Position numbers and translations under genes: made by a program
Notes under the pieces: model-generated
The model's input: the letters and a program-made list of their open reading frames with translations, nothing else
Database searches by the model: none
What the model was told of the DNA's origin: nothing
In this document: positions 43,375-55,253 of the stretch, piece by piece
Layout of the letters: each line of letters begins with the position of its first letter
How positions within the stretch are numbered: the first letter of the stretch is position 1
Source of the DNA: Synechococcus sp.
Lineage (GTDB): Bacteria > Cyanobacteriota > Cyanobacteriia > PCC-6307 > Cyanobiaceae
Assembly: GCA_047285535.1 (NCBI GenBank)
Contig: JBJBDC010000001.1
Span: forward strand, 448,136-512,135
Reading direction: 5' to 3'
DNA length: 64,000 bases

Positions 43375-44547
43375 CGGGTTTCCGTGCCTGAACTCTTGTC
43401 CTAGATCTGTTCTGCATAGGTGGCGATACCTAAATCCGAGCAAGGATTTACGGTTAACCGCCAGGATTGATGAACTAGCTTTCAGTTGTTTGTGTTCATA
43501 TAGATTTGAGCTGCTCCACTGCCTACGTTAGATCATACTGTTATGAGCTTTCAGCCTTTCCAACTACTTACGTTTTCACTCAGTAAGTCTTGACCACCTT
43601 TCATATTTGTTTTGACAGATAGTATTGATTTTAAAATTATAGTTTGCATAAATCTATCCCTATTCTTGTTGATTGTGATATTTCCTGAACTGGCTCAGTG
43701 CTTTTCTGCTGTCTTTCAATACTGCTACTCACCCTTCCTTATTAATCTCTTTTCATTATGGTGACTGGTATTCTAGCTGTCTAGAGATGTTATGAATTTG
43801 AATACTGTGATCTGCTAGGGGCTGTGATGTTGGTGGAATTGTGTTTTGTTTTCTTTTTTTGCAGTCTTTGTTCAATCCGATACTCCTCTTTTTTGTAATG
43901 ATTTATTTCCTTTTGAGGCAAAATTGATAAATTCTAACTGTTTGATTGTTCTGTGAATTGGATCAAAGTTGTTATCCCGTCATTGTTTTTGCTAAGCCCT
44001 TGATTGAATCTATCTTTCTTTTATTACGTCTCTTTTACGCAAAATTGCAGGCGTCATTTTTTAACTAATTTGTCTGATCTGCTTGGTGTCCACTGCTTAT
44101 ATACATTCATTATTGTCAGAACAATGTTTGATAGTCTTTTTACGCTAGGCCTGTGCATTAAGTCATGGTTGGCTACGTCTTCTCTTAAGGCTGTGGAACA
44201 GGTAGTTGCGCCTGCATTGTCAAACCTTGCAACGCTACTGAAGCGATAAAACCTATAGGAGATAACTTGCCTATGGCTTTTTCCCTTCTAACAGGTTTCT
44301 TTTATGTTGTTTTGAGAATCATTAAGCATGTAGCGTAGTTGCATTCACTTTATAGGTTTCAAGCCTTGCTTGCCTTTGGCTCTGATTTCGGCTCCGTTTA
44401 GTTGTAACTCAAATCTTTTATTTTATTCTGCATTGCCTGGATGCCTCTCTGTTTTTGATTTTATCTCTTTTGTTGTTCGTTTCGCTTTCATCAATTGCTT
44501 TATGTTGTGACTTTTTTGTTCTTTTGATTCGACTCAGTCTTAATAGG

Positions 44548-44766
44548 TTAATTCCCCGAGTATTTGTTGATGATTGTTTTGCATTGTGGATTATAGTTTG
44601 CACTAGAGTTTGGTACGCTTCTTTTCTCTTGAAGAAGGCATTTTGCAACGGCAGGATCTGGAACTTGTATTGGTCCAAATCCAACTGTTCCTTTGGCCGC
44701 TAGTGCTGTAGATGGGGTCGACATTAGCTGCAGAAGCAGAGATAGTGTCAATGCTATTGATTTCAT
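44548..44766 (-). CDS. Secreted microprotein, paralog of 41251-41466
   Basis: Signal peptide; TVGFGPIQVPDPAVAKC...KR...NYNPQC. Confidence 0.75.
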   Translation of the reverse strand: MKSIALTLSLLLQLMSTPSTALAAKGTVGFGPIQVPDPAVAKCLLQEKRSVPNSSANYNPQCKTIINKYSGN

Positions 44767-44894
44767 TTGTTAGACCATTTTTTGGAGGAGACTGTTTTCT
44801 CCGATGTTTTAACCATCGTTTGATTTGCTGTTTTTCTCATCCCCCAAAAGGGCTAATGTTCGTGGTAAAGAGTCCCCCAATGGTGTGAGTCAAT

Positions 44895-44919
44895 AAAAAA
44901 ACCCCGCAGGTGGCGGGGT
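44895..44919 (-). terminator. Strong rho-independent terminator with no obvious upstream CDS
   Basis: ACCCCGC/GCGGGGT stem with a T7 tract on minus. Confidence 0.7.
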
Positions 44920-46395
44920 CAATAAGAGGTTTTTCGTTAGGCGCTGAATGCCTTCTACCTATCTACTTGTACTGATTTAATGATTTACTTCTTTCTCAAA
45001 TGTGGGCGTGGGATGCATGGATGTTTCATCTGAAATGAGTAGCTCTTCTAGAGCAGTTCTATCAGTTGTAGTCCTATTAACGCACTCCATCGTGCCATGT
45101 CTAAGGGAAGAGGCTTCAAACCGGAATGTGGTTATTTCGTGTTTTGGCTAAATTGTCTATGGCGCTGATGGATGACCGCTGTCGTCACCAGGTTCGTCTG
45201 GACAAGTCGGCGTTGATCCAACAGGCTCTTCGCAGACAGGTCCTGGTAGAGGATCCTTTGGATCAAGAGAACCTCCACTATGGGTTCGTAGATCGTTAGA
45301 TCTCGGTTAGCAGCAGGATGGAAAGGCCTCCCTGAGCATTTGAAAGATCTGTTTCGTAGCTTTAGTTCAGTCCAGTAGAACATCATTTGTTCCACTGGCT
45401 GCATCAATGGTCAGGTTGTAACGCATGGTTTGTCACGCAAAGGAAGCTTTCCATCCTGTGGTCTCATTATCGCCCCTTTCAAAGATGCGCGTATTATTAG
45501 AAATCAATGCCTTCAGTGATCCAGTTCACTGCTCCTTTCTGGCTGCGGAAGATTTAATATACAGTTATCCTTATGTTCCTCAACCTACCTTGCCTCCCCC
45601 CATCGACGTTATCCGCTCTGGGACATGCTGGCGCTATCTCGTAGACAGCTTACTTTAGGTGCTAGACCATTAAATAATATCGCCATCGCTTTGCAAATTT
45701 TCATTGCCTCCAGTTTCATAGCTGTTTTCATCAGTTCTTCATCCTATGGAGTTTGATCAAGAGGCTGCTGGTTCAATACGGTCTCTTTAATCCTCAGGAT
45801 CTTCCTATTGATTTCACTGCTCCAGTACGCTTACTTGATGACGACAGAAGGTAATCTCACTATCCAGAATCAACCTTAATTTAGTTGGATTCCTTATCAA
45901 CTGCTCCCTTGACTGGCCCCTAAGTGCAAGACGCAACAGGTTGTCTTTAAGTCGTAGGAGTATGAGAAATGTCATTGTCTATGCGCATTCCAACTGTTGA
46001 CTGTGAGATTGGTTGCCCACGGATTCATCACACTCTACTACCGAACAGTTTGGACATAAGTAGTGCTCACGAGCCTGTTCTGATGATTAAGTTGGTCACG
46101 ATGAGTACTTAAAAGGTTGTGGCCTCTGCTTAATCCTGATTATTCATCTTGGCATACAATGCCTTTTTTAATGACACGGGCCTTTTTTCTCATAAGGGCG
46201 GTATAACCTGTTCAAAAACTGCTTCCTCTGGTTACACAGCTGGCTAGTGACTGCAATCCGGATAAGCATGAGCCAATCTTGCGATGAAGAGTTAACTTCC
46301 ATAAGCAGCGACTTTTTTATGAATTTTTGCTGTCTAGGCGATACTGAAATAGCTCAATTCCCTACCAGAGGCTACTCGTAATCCTTTAATACATT

Positions 46396-46419
46396 AAAAA
46401 TCCCAGTCTGAGACTGGGA
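46396..46419 (-). terminator. Terminator downstream of tRNA-Ser
   Basis: TCCCAGTCT/AGACTGGGA inverted repeat followed by T5 on minus. Confidence 0.65.
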
Positions 46420-46438
46420 ATATTTGGTTATTTAGGAG

Positions 46439-46523
46439 CGGAGAGGGTGGGATTCGAACCCACGGATGCTTTCACATCGCTGGTTTTCAAGACCAGAGCC
46501 ATCAACCACTCGACCACCTCTCC
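46439..46523 (-). tRNA. trnS: tRNA-Ser(UGA)
   Basis: GGAGAGG acceptor stem, CTGGT-CT-TGA-AA-ACCAG anticodon arm, long variable arm, GGTTCGAATCC T loop; 85 nt. Confidence 0.97.
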
Positions 46524-46888
46524 AGTGCATCGATATTATCATCTTGCCAGGTGGCATGAGAGATCTGCTTACTAATTTTCAGAAGCTAATCTGTTGTAAT
46601 AATGAGGATCCCACTTGGTTTGCGTACTAATTTTTTATAGAGGAACAATGAAGATTGTTGATTGAGTCGTAATATGGGTTGCTATGTTGTTTTTTGGTGA
46701 GGCAATATATTTTTCTGTATTCAACGTTCAGACAAGAATTAACTGCTTGAGCCATGCTTTGGAATAAGGCGGTGTTCGTACTGTTCTCAAGGAGGAGTGT
46801 CAGTTTGGAATCTTTTTGTCGATTCCATTTGATCCGCCAATGTGACAAGACTCAAGCTTTTTCTAGAGCTTTTTATTTGTTCTATTTG

Positions 46889-49231
46889 CTAGCTGTTTGG
46901 CTTTGTTAATGGCAAGAGGCATTTATCCGAATCGCATCCCGCTGGACCTGCTTCCTCTAGTTCACCAATATCGTAACGTTGCAGGGCATCAAAGAAATCA
47001 TTATTTACTCTGCGTTCAATGACTTGTTTTTGGAGGGTTTGGTAAGTATCTGCATCGATCGGTTCAAATGGCAGCCTAGGGAAGGTGGCATTTGCGTCAA
47101 AGCGGGCAAGAAGAGCTGCAGATATATACCCACCACTGTGCTCAATTGTCCTGTGAAGAGCATCCGTTAAGGCTTCAATCTCATGCTCGCGAAATTCGAT
47201 TGTTGCGGATGTGTTGTGTGCGGTGTAGTGGGATTGGACCTGCATATAGAAATCAAATTGAGCCAGTGCAGAGAATACATTTATGTCAACTGCATCAGCT
47301 CCAGGAAGATTGGCCCAGCTCACTTCTGTTGGAATTTCTACCAGCCATTCAGTGCAACGTGCATCAAAAGGATCATTGAGCAGACGCCCTTGATCATCCT
47401 TATCTGATTGTGATGGAACAATTGTGTATCCATAATCCATGCAGGCCATAGCGACAGGATCGTTTTTGCGGAATGTGATCCTTCTGATGAAGCGTTGAGC
47501 TTTGGGGGGATGCCATCCAGGTGCAGCACCAGTGAGAAGACTTTTGGTACCTGCGGGTTGAACTGTTGTGCAACGATTTGGACGACGTAAGCCATGCCGA
47601 TCGCAATAATCCCAGACGGTTTCATTGACAATGTTTTTCCAACGCTTTAGGTACGATGCTTCCTGTTGCTTGAAGACAAGACCTTCTGTTGTTTCTGGTC
47701 GACCAGCCTCCCACCACTGCAGCCAGGGTGTTCCAAATGCATGAACGAAAAAGTCAAAGAGTCCTGTAAAACTCACACCTACAATCGGATCCCACTCCCG
47801 ACTCTGACGGTACCGTTCAACTTCGAACCGATGATTGAGCAAACAGGCCACAGAGAGTGCGCCAGCACGAAAGGCTTCCCGTTGTGATTCATCATCGTGT
47901 GGATCAATTTGGTTCAGATGAACTTCTGCAAGATTGCAGTGGAAATCGGCACCAAGAATTTCTCCGCAGGGATTGAGTCCATACCTGCTAAGACGATGTT
48001 CTAGCTCTTCTTTCGGAATTGGCCCATGGTTTTCTTCTAACCAACGACCTGCCTCATCACGTCCTTGATCGCAGTAGATCTCGATGAATTCTCGTCGCAA
48101 CTCCTGCGTTGTCAGTAAGTCTGCATTGGATCGAGCAATGGCTTCAGGGGCAAATTGAATGGCTCCTTCGCCACTGTGGAATTGCCGTGTCACCGCTTCT
48201 AGAAGGACCTCTTTACTGGGACGCGTGTGGTAGACACGCGTGTGATTCGCCATCCGAAGTGCATCACGTTCTGGATCAATTCTCCAATTCCCTTTTGAGT
48301 CTTGCTGCCATAGATTTTCCTTTGCACCGGCTGCTTCTGTGTCGTCAGAGGCGAATTGGCGCATGCCAGCACTTCTCCTGATGTTTCCGGCGACAATCGT
48401 CACTGCCGCTTCATCAATTAATAAACAGCATTCTATTGATGTAAGTTGTCGCCCTACGGCTTTTCCCAGTAATTTTGCTACGCGTCCATAGAGATCTTTT
48501 AATTTGACTGGATTAGCCATTCCTCCAAATCCCTTGAGGGTCTCACCTACTGGACGTACATCGGAAAGATCTATGTTGATTTTTACTGTTTTTCCATCAA
48601 AGCGAGGATCACTACTAAGCTCCAATATCAGCTGATAGCTATCGACCCATCCTCTCCGTGTATCGCCAACTTTGATTGATACTGTGTCCCCAGTTATTGT
48701 ATGAGATGTGGATTCTTGCCTGTTCTGAGCAGGAGTGATTCCGATATCTGAAACACTTAGAATTTGAATTGGGTTACTCACCACCGGAAGTTGATCGATG
48801 AAATGAGGTTCGATGATGGCGCCTGTACCGCAACCCATCATCGCCAGGTCCATCATCAGCCCAAACGCTTCCCAATCAACAAGATTTGTTGAGGTGCAGT
48901 TGTAGGCTCCAGAAAAATTTTCGGGTTGTTCTATCCATGGTGTTCCCCCAATCCATTGCCAACGTCCAGACGGAAGAGCTTTTTTTTCAGCCTGCATCCT
49001 TGCAATCAGCTTGATCTCCTCGGGATTGAGAGATCCCAGTTTTTGAAGACCTGAACGATTCCGTTCACTGACTTCATTCCAGCTTTCCCTCCCCTTGGGA
49101 AGTCGACGGCTGTAAGTCCGATAAAAAACGGGGTTGGCGGCAGGAGCACTTGCAGGGAAATCACCATGGGTTGCAGCGTGTCCTGCCGTTTGAGAAATGG
49201 TCTCTTCTGAACGGGTTGGTGTGAGTGTCAC
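46889..49231 (-). CDS. nrdJ: Adenosylcobalamin-dependent ribonucleotide reductase (class II)
   Basis: YNCTS, GNIRRSA, LNPCGEI, TTVQPAGTKS and C-terminal CDSDKC. Confidence 0.96.
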   Translation of the reverse strand: MTLTPTRSEETISQTAGHAATHGDFPASAPAANPVFYRTYSRRLPKGRESWNEVSERNRSGLQKLGSLNPEEIKLIARMQAEKKALPSGRWQWIGGTPWIEQPENFSGAYNCTSTNLVDWEAFGLMMDLAMMGCGTGAIIEPHFIDQLPVVSNPIQILSVSDIGITPAQNRQESTSHTITGDTVSIKVGDTRRGWVDSYQLILELSSDPRFDGKTVKINIDLSDVRPVGETLKGFGGMANPVKLKDLYGRVAKLLGKAVGRQLTSIECCLLIDEAAVTIVAGNIRRSAGMRQFASDDTEAAGAKENLWQQDSKGNWRIDPERDALRMANHTRVYHTRPSKEVLLEAVTRQFHSGEGAIQFAPEAIARSNADLLTTQELRREFIEIYCDQGRDEAGRWLEENHGPIPKEELEHRLSRYGLNPCGEILGADFHCNLAEVHLNQIDPHDDESQREAFRAGALSVACLLNHRFEVERYRQSREWDPIVGVSFTGLFDFFVHAFGTPWLQWWEAGRPETTEGLVFKQQEASYLKRWKNIVNETVWDYCDRHGLRRPNRCTTVQPAGTKSLLTGAAPGWHPPKAQRFIRRITFRKNDPVAMACMDYGYTIVPSQSDKDDQGRLLNDPFDARCTEWLVEIPTEVSWANLPGADAVDINVFSALAQFDFYMQVQSHYTAHNTSATIEFREHEIEALTDALHRTIEHSGGYISAALLARFDANATFPRLPFEPIDADTYQTLQKQVIERRVNNDFFDALQRYDIGELEEAGPAGCDSDKCLLPLTKPNS

Positions 49232-49618
49232 TAGAGCTTACCGCCGATCTTTCCGAGATACTAACTCCACCCATGGAGTCTTCAACCCTGTCAGAGCACT
49301 ATCAGCAGCGTTTCCATGGCTCGGCTCTGGATCGAATGTTCCATCTGCCTGCCTCTGGCCTGCCTTTCTGTTTTCTCATGGGTGTTGGTACGACCAGTTT
49401 CTTCACTTTGTATTCCCTAGGCCTTTGTTTTTAGGCTTTTGATCGGTTTATTTATGCGTAGATATTTTATTTTTAATCATCTCCTCTTTGTTGTACAAAG
49501 ATCTCTTGTGGATGCGTTTCTATTCCGTCCGCCAATGCTTGCTTGATGTTTTTTTCTGTGTTTTAATGCTGATGCTATTTGTTTTATCCTTTTCATTGCA
49601 AGTTTTACTTTTGTCTGC

Positions 49619-50314
49619 ATGCAACGCATTCCAGAGCCGGAATTGATGATCTCGGCTGATCAGGTTGCTGCCTATGCCGGCGCTAATTTTAGTGAATCCG
49701 ATCAGTCCTTCGTTGATCATTTGTCTGAGCATATTTTTCATCAGGACGATTTTCTTTTGCCAGGTAGCATTGTTCTTGATTTAGGCTGCGGCCCAGGAAA
49801 TATTGCCGAGCGTTTGGCTCCTCTCTGGCCGTTATCGGATGTGATTGGAATTGATGGTGCTTCTACCATGATTGACGTTGCTATCGAGCGCATGAAGTCG
49901 CTTCCTGTTCTTGCTCATAATTTAAGATATGTCCTTGCAGATCTTAAAAATATTGATTTTGACTGTGTCGGTATAAGTAAAGGTGCTTCTTTGATTGTAA
50001 GTAATAGCGTGTTACATCATCTTCATGATCCCCAGCACCTTTGGTTGGCAGTTAAGAAACTTGCCCAACCTGGTGCTTTCATGTTGCACCGTGATCTTCG
50101 CCGTCCTGCAAATGAGCAGGAGGTTGAGGCGCTGTGTCATCGCTACGTCAACAATGCCCCACCTGTTTTAAAGCGCGACTATCGCGCGTCTCTCAAGGCA
50201 GCCTTTCGTGCTGATGAAGTCCGTGAACAGCTCCATGCGACTGGTTTGAGAGATCTCAATGTTGTTGAACTTGGGGATCGTTATCTCGAGGTCTTCGGTT
50301 GGTGGTTTCCTTGA
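49619..50314 (+). CDS. Class I SAM-dependent methyltransferase
   Basis: MQRIPEPELM, VLDLGCGPG, SNSVLHHL, RDLRRP. Confidence 0.9.
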   Translation: MQRIPEPELMISADQVAAYAGANFSESDQSFVDHLSEHIFHQDDFLLPGSIVLDLGCGPGNIAERLAPLWPLSDVIGIDGASTMIDVAIERMKSLPVLAHNLRYVLADLKNIDFDCVGISKGASLIVSNSVLHHLHDPQHLWLAVKKLAQPGAFMLHRDLRRPANEQEVEALCHRYVNNAPPVLKRDYRASLKAAFRADEVREQLHATGLRDLNVVELGDRYLEVFGWWFP

Positions 50315-50368
50315 TTGGCGTTGGAAGAGGCTGTTGCCTGTCAGGCTGGTTCTCTCAACATCGAGATC

Positions 50369-52033
50369 ATGGCTACCAGATTAGAGACTGAGAACAGCAA
50401 TGCCTTCGAATCACGCGGAGGTGAGAGTGATCTCGCAGGGGCAGTGGCTCGGCGTCGCAACTTTGCGATCATTTCCCACCCGGATGCTGGTAAAACCACC
50501 TTGACTGAGAAGTTATTGCTTTACGGAGGTGCGATTCAACAGGCAGGTGCGGTAAAGGCTCGAGGTGAGCAGCGAAAGGTGACCTCCGATTGGATGGAGC
50601 TGGAAAAACAGCGTGGCATCTCAATCACCTCCACTGTCTTGCAGTTCGACTACTCCGGCAGCACCATCAATTTGCTTGATACACCTGGGCACCAGGATTT
50701 CTCTGAAGACACTTATCGAACGCTCGCTGCAGCTGATAACGCAGTGATGCTTGAAGATGCAGCCAAGGGTCTAGAGCCTCAAACAAGAAAGCTTTTTGAG
50801 GTCTGCAAGATGCGCGAGATCCCGATCTTTACGTTCATCAACAAGATGGATCGTCCAGGAAGAGAGCCTTTGTCTCTATTGGATGAAATTGAGTCTGAAC
50901 TCGGTCTTACCCCTTGGGCTGTGAATTGGCCCATTGGCAGTGGTGACTTCTTTAGAGGTGTGATTGATCGTCGTACCCGCCAGGTTGTTCTGTTCAGCCG
51001 TGCTGAGCGAGGTCGACAGTCCCACGAGAAGCAACTTGATTTGGATGACCCTGATTTATTAAATTTAGTAGAGCCAGATCTTTTGGCACAAGCCGTAGAA
51101 GATCTTGAGTTACTCGACGCAGCTGGCGCAGAACTTGATCTCGAATTGGTTCATGCCGGTGAACTCACCCCGGTCTTCTTTGGATCCGCAATGACCAACT
51201 TTGGAGTGCGTCCATTTCTTGATGCCTTTATGGATATGGCCCAAAAGCCTGTTGCGCGTCTCGGTACTGATGGACCTGTTGATCCTTTGCGACAAGATTT
51301 CAGTGGGTTTGTTTTCAAGCTTCAAGCAAATATGGATCCGCGTCATCGTGATCGCGTTGCCTTTGTCCGGGTTTGTAGTGGCCGTTTTGAAAAAGATATG
51401 TCTGTTCGTCATGCCCGTACTGGCCGAACCATTCGGCTTTCGCGACCTCAAAAATTGTTTGGCCAAGATAGAGCCGTTGTTGAAGATGCTTATCCGGGTG
51501 ATGTGATCGGTTTGAATAATCCTGGGATGTTTTCGATTGGAGATACGCTCTATACCGGTTTAAAAGTTGAATACGAAGGGATTCCTTGCTTTAGTCCGGA
51601 AATATTTAGTTGGTTACGCAACCCAAATCCTTCAGCGTTCAAAAACTTCCGTAAAGGCATCAATGAGCTTCGCGAGGAGGGTGCTGTTCAAATCCTTTAC
51701 GACACAGACGAAAGCAAACGCGATCCCATTCTGGCGGCAGTAGGACAATTACAGCTGGAAGTGGTGCAGCACCGTCTTGAACATGAGTATGGGGTAGCAA
51801 CTCGGCTTGAACCACTTGGTTATCAAGTTGCACGTTGGGTTTCTGGTGGATGGTCGTCCCTAGAGGATGTAGGTCGAATTTTCAATTGCAAAACCGTACG
51901 CGACGCCTGGAATCGTCCTGTCCTGCTGTTTAAAAATGAATGGAATCTGAATCAACTCATCGAAGAGCATCCTGATCTTGCTCTGAGTTCTGTCGCACCG
52001 GTGGTCAGCGGTGTCGAACCAATCAGCCTTTAA
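50369..52033 (+). CDS. prfC: Peptide chain release factor 3
   Basis: [39 protein letters not shown]. Confidence 0.97.
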   Translation: MATRLETENSNAFESRGGESDLAGAVARRRNFAIISHPDAGKTTLTEKLLLYGGAIQQAGAVKARGEQRKVTSDWMELEKQRGISITSTVLQFDYSGSTINLLDTPGHQDFSEDTYRTLAAADNAVMLEDAAKGLEPQTRKLFEVCKMREIPIFTFINKMDRPGREPLSLLDEIESELGLTPWAVNWPIGSGDFFRGVIDRRTRQVVLFSRAERGRQSHEKQLDLDDPDLLNLVEPDLLAQAVEDLELLDAAGAELDLELVHAGELTPVFFGSAMTNFGVRPFLDAFMDMAQKPVARLGTDGPVDPLRQDFSGFVFKLQANMDPRHRDRVAFVRVCSGRFEKDMSVRHARTGRTIRLSRPQKLFGQDRAVVEDAYPGDVIGLNNPGMFSIGDTLYTGLKVEYEGIPCFSPEIFSWLRNPNPSAFKNFRKGINELREEGAVQILYDTDESKRDPILAAVGQLQLEVVQHRLEHEYGVATRLEPLGYQVARWVSGGWSSLEDVGRIFNCKTVRDAWNRPVLLFKNEWNLNQLIEEHPDLALSSVAPVVSGVEPISL

Positions 52034-52105
52034 TAAGTCGGGAAAAAGCCGGAAAAATTTTCGATTCGGTCACAACATTGCTTCACAATTGCCAGACTGG
52101 TTGCT

Positions 52106-52342
52106 ATGAATCTGCTATTGCACCGTCACGTTTGGCTGCTACGTCCTTGTGCTGATGGAGGCACAGACTATGTCTGCTTTCGCCCCCAGCAGGATCGTGT
52201 TGAGGTCGTTGAGGGATACCACCTTCCTCCTCAAATGCCTCTGATCAAGCGTCGAACATGGCTTGATTCCATTGATGTGCCAGGTTGTTGTCATCAATTG
52301 CAGAACGTTCAAGGTTTTAAACACGGCCAGCCACTGTTTTGA
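52106..52342 (+). CDS. Conserved hypothetical protein
   Basis: GYHLPPQMPLIKRR motif; co-oriented between prfC and the CPP1-like gene. Confidence 0.65.
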   Translation: MNLLLHRHVWLLRPCADGGTDYVCFRPQQDRVEVVEGYHLPPQMPLIKRRTWLDSIDVPGCCHQLQNVQGFKHGQPLF

Positions 52343-52406
52343 TTCAACGCATCTCTCCCGATCCAGCACTTTGCTCGATACGCTCAATACAGAATGAATC
52401 GATCTA

Positions 52407-53096
52407 ATGGCATCGGGGGTTGATCTTGGCTCCAGCTCAGAGTCCCAAGACCCTTATGAAAGGCTTGGAATTTCAGCTGATGCGGGGTTTGAGGACGTTC
52501 AACGAGCTCGTGAAGCATCCTTGAAGGCTGCCGGTGAAGACCCACTGGCGAGAGCTCGAATTGAATCCGCTTACGACGCGGTGTTGATGGGGCGTTTGCG
52601 TCAGAGGCAGTCCGGAACGATTAGTTCTGCAGCGGTCAACGCATCTCGTATCGAAAGTCAAAAAAATGCTAGTCCTTCATCTGCTCAGGGAAATACACCT
52701 GCGCTATTAACGAGGATCCGAAGCTTATCCCTGCCAACCTCATCCTTTAATTCTTCTGGCTTTTTCCCCAGTCTGAGCCTGGTTCAAGGCCAGGGCTTGA
52801 TTGTGAGATTGCTCACAGGAGGCCTCGGCCTGCTGTTGCTGATCTTGGTCCCTACAGGTGTTGACCTTGTACTTGCTCTCGCCACGATTGGCCTCATTCT
52901 TTCTCAGGTCAAACGAGGGCGAAAACCACTGGGTTCTCTTGGTTGGAGTCTGGCCCTTGTGGCTTTGGGTCTGTTTTTAGGTGCGGCTCTGACCAGCTTG
53001 TTGGGTCCCGCTTCGGGGCTACCTCTTAGTCCATTTCAGTTACAAGCCTTACCAGCCTATGTACTTCTTCTTGCTGGTTCATTGTTGTTCCTCTAA
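52407..53096 (+). CDS. CPP1-like (J-like domain) membrane protein
   Basis: DPYERLGI...IESAYDAVLM.RLRQRQ.G plus C-terminal TM helices. Confidence 0.88.
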   Translation: MASGVDLGSSSESQDPYERLGISADAGFEDVQRAREASLKAAGEDPLARARIESAYDAVLMGRLRQRQSGTISSAAVNASRIESQKNASPSSAQGNTPALLTRIRSLSLPTSSFNSSGFFPSLSLVQGQGLIVRLLTGGLGLLLLILVPTGVDLVLALATIGLILSQVKRGRKPLGSLGWSLALVALGLFLGAALTSLLGPASGLPLSPFQLQALPAYVLLLAGSLLFL

Positions 53097-53104
53097 ATCA
53101 GTCT

Positions 53105-54010
53105 TTACAGAGTATTGATTAGCGCCGCTAAAGCTGTTTCATCAAGCTTGTAGACCTCACTGCAAAAATGGCAGGTAAGTTCAGCTCCTCTGTCTTCAAG
53201 TAGCATATTGTTGAGTTCTTCTTTCCCCAGCATCGTCAGAGCGTTAAGACTTCGTTTTCTGCTGCAAGGACAGGAAAATTGTATGGCTTGCATCGATTCC
53301 CCAGCTGGAATCGGTTGTGGGTCTAGATCTGGGAAAACCTCTTCAAGCAGAGTTTCTAGGTGATTTTGGCAATCCCTCAAATGCTTGCTGAAGTTCTTGA
53401 TTTCACGGCAACGATCCTCTAGTAATGCAACAAGAGCAGGTTCCTCCGCGGCTTTGGGTAGTACCTGAACTAGTAGTCCTCCACTACATCCCAGCCCTTC
53501 ATGATTGATTGTTTCACCTACAAATACTGCTGAGGGCGTTTGTTCTGAATGAAGCAGATATGAAGCGACATCTTCTCCGATTCCACCGCGCACCAATTCA
53601 ACCGTGCTGCTGAAGGGTTCCCCTTTGCCTTCGTCTCTGACGACGTGAAGATAGCCCGTTCCTGCTGCAGCCTTGAAATCGAAACTGTAGTGACCAGTCT
53701 CATCCTCAATGGGATCTAATTCCAGTTCTGGATGACCCACATATCCACGCACGCGTCCGTCTCTACCAGCATCAACAAACAGTCCTCCGATCGGTCCATC
53801 GGAACGAATGCGCATATTCACGCGACCATGTTTCACCTTCATTGAACTGGCCAGCAACAGCCCAGCACTCATGGCCCGGCCTAACATCACCGTCGTGAGA
53901 TAAGACAAGCCGTGGCGACGTCTGGCCTCGCGTGTGGTTTCAGTGGTCGTTACAGCAACGAGTCGGATGCCACCGCCCGCGGCAGTGGCCCGTACAAGGC
54001 AGTCACCCAT
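53105..54010 (-). CDS. hslO: Hsp33 redox-regulated chaperone
   Basis: [17 protein letters not shown] and LTCHFC zinc motif. Confidence 0.95.
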   Translation of the reverse strand: MGDCLVRATAAGGGIRLVAVTTTETTREARRRHGLSYLTTVMLGRAMSAGLLLASSMKVKHGRVNMRIRSDGPIGGLFVDAGRDGRVRGYVGHPELELDPIEDETGHYSFDFKAAAGTGYLHVVRDEGKGEPFSSTVELVRGGIGEDVASYLLHSEQTPSAVFVGETINHEGLGCSGGLLVQVLPKAAEEPALVALLEDRCREIKNFSKHLRDCQNHLETLLEEVFPDLDPQPIPAGESMQAIQFSCPCSRKRSLNALTMLGKEELNNMLLEDRGAELTCHFCSEVYKLDETALAALINTL

Positions 54011-54019
54011 GGCGTGTGA

Positions 54020-54664
54020 TTATCTCATCGGCAATGGTGACAGAGTGTGGAGACGGCCCTCTTTTAATCTCCAATGCTGGCCTCTCCAACCCTCAAAAAG
54101 ATCTGGTTCATGGGTGACCACAATGAGGGGGCGATCATGGGCAAGATCTTGAAGCAGTTCGAGCACTTCAGATCGGACAGACCAGTCAAGTCCAGCTGTT
54201 GGTTCATCGAGCAGTAGAACTTTGGGACGGCGAAGAAGCTGGACAGCTAGTGCTAATCGTCGCTGCTGGCCTCCGCTCAAGCGTTCTGGTGCCTGTCGCA
54301 CATCCACTTCATCCAGACCGACTCGCCTCAGAACATCACTGCGCTCTTGACTCGTCAGCCTCCGGTGGCCAAGTTTTAATTCCTGAGCAATGTTCAATCC
54401 CAGAAAATGACGTTCTGGAAACTGAAAAACCACACCACAGAGCCACCTCCTTTGCCGTCGCGTTAACGCTTCCTCCTTCCAATGGATGGAGCCTTGCTGT
54501 GCGCTCGCGAGGCCACTAATGACTTCAAGCAAACTTGTTTTGCCACTTCCGCTGTTCCCGGAAATCAGCACTGGCTCCCCTGCGTTCGCTGTCAGGTTGA
54601 TTTTGTGAAGCACCACTCGCTCGGAGGTCGCAGGCCGGAATTGGATGTCGTGAAGCTCCAGCAT
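54020..54664 (-). CDS. ABC transporter ATP-binding protein
   Basis: GNSGSGKT, LSGGQQRR, LLLDEPT, VTH. Confidence 0.93.
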   Translation of the reverse strand: MLELHDIQFRPATSERVVLHKINLTANAGEPVLISGNSGSGKTSLLEVISGLASAQQGSIHWKEEALTRRQRRWLCGVVFQFPERHFLGLNIAQELKLGHRRLTSQERSDVLRRVGLDEVDVRQAPERLSGGQQRRLALAVQLLRRPKVLLLDEPTAGLDWSVRSEVLELLQDLAHDRPLIVVTHEPDLFEGWRGQHWRLKEGRLHTLSPLPMR

Positions 54665-54771
54665 GCCCCTTAGGTGGTTCTCTTGATGGCAGGTCGATTA
54701 TCAGCATGATCGATCAAGGCCGTGGCCGATCTCTTTTTAGACAGCGATGATGCAACAGTCTCCAAGAGGTC

Positions 54772-55221
54772 ATGCACGTTCGTTTCCGAGAGGTCGATCC
54801 CTTCAATTGCTGGGTGTGGCTTCGCTTCAGTGAGATTCCCAGTCAAGGTGAGCGTAATTATGTCGATGGAATCTTTGACAGCTGGTATGTCATTGGTCGG
54901 CTCGGTGGGTTCAATGCTGAAAATCTTCAGGTGCATGAAGAGGCAGAAGATCTGAGTTGGATGAGTTATGACAATGACGAGGCTTCCTCTGTCATGCCGG
55001 CCTTGATGCACAACATGGGTCAGCTTGAGTACCAAGAGGAGTGGGCCCGTTGCTGGTTGGACTTGGGCACGAGTGATGGCATTGGTTTAGATGTTTTGAT
55101 CAACGCTTTACAGCAACTGAATGCTGATGTTGTGAAGATCGATCAATTGCTGATTGGTGGCGTCAATGAAGACTGGCCTGTGGAGGATCACCCTGACAGC
55201 GTGTTCCCCAACCTGAACTGA
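54772..55221 (+). CDS. DUF3531 family protein
   Basis: FREVDPFNCWVW, GGFNAENLQ, MHNMG, DLGTSD. Confidence 0.85.
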   Translation: MHVRFREVDPFNCWVWLRFSEIPSQGERNYVDGIFDSWYVIGRLGGFNAENLQVHEEAEDLSWMSYDNDEASSVMPALMHNMGQLEYQEEWARCWLDLGTSDGIGLDVLINALQQLNADVVKIDQLLIGGVNEDWPVEDHPDSVFPNLN

Positions 55222-55253
55222 CTCTTTGTTAAATTAAGGAGTCCATTTTTATC

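Noticed and set aside
46889..49400. Intein or cobalamin riboswitch at nrdJ
   Set aside because: The protein is normal length with no splicing motifs, and I saw no riboswitch consensus upstream.
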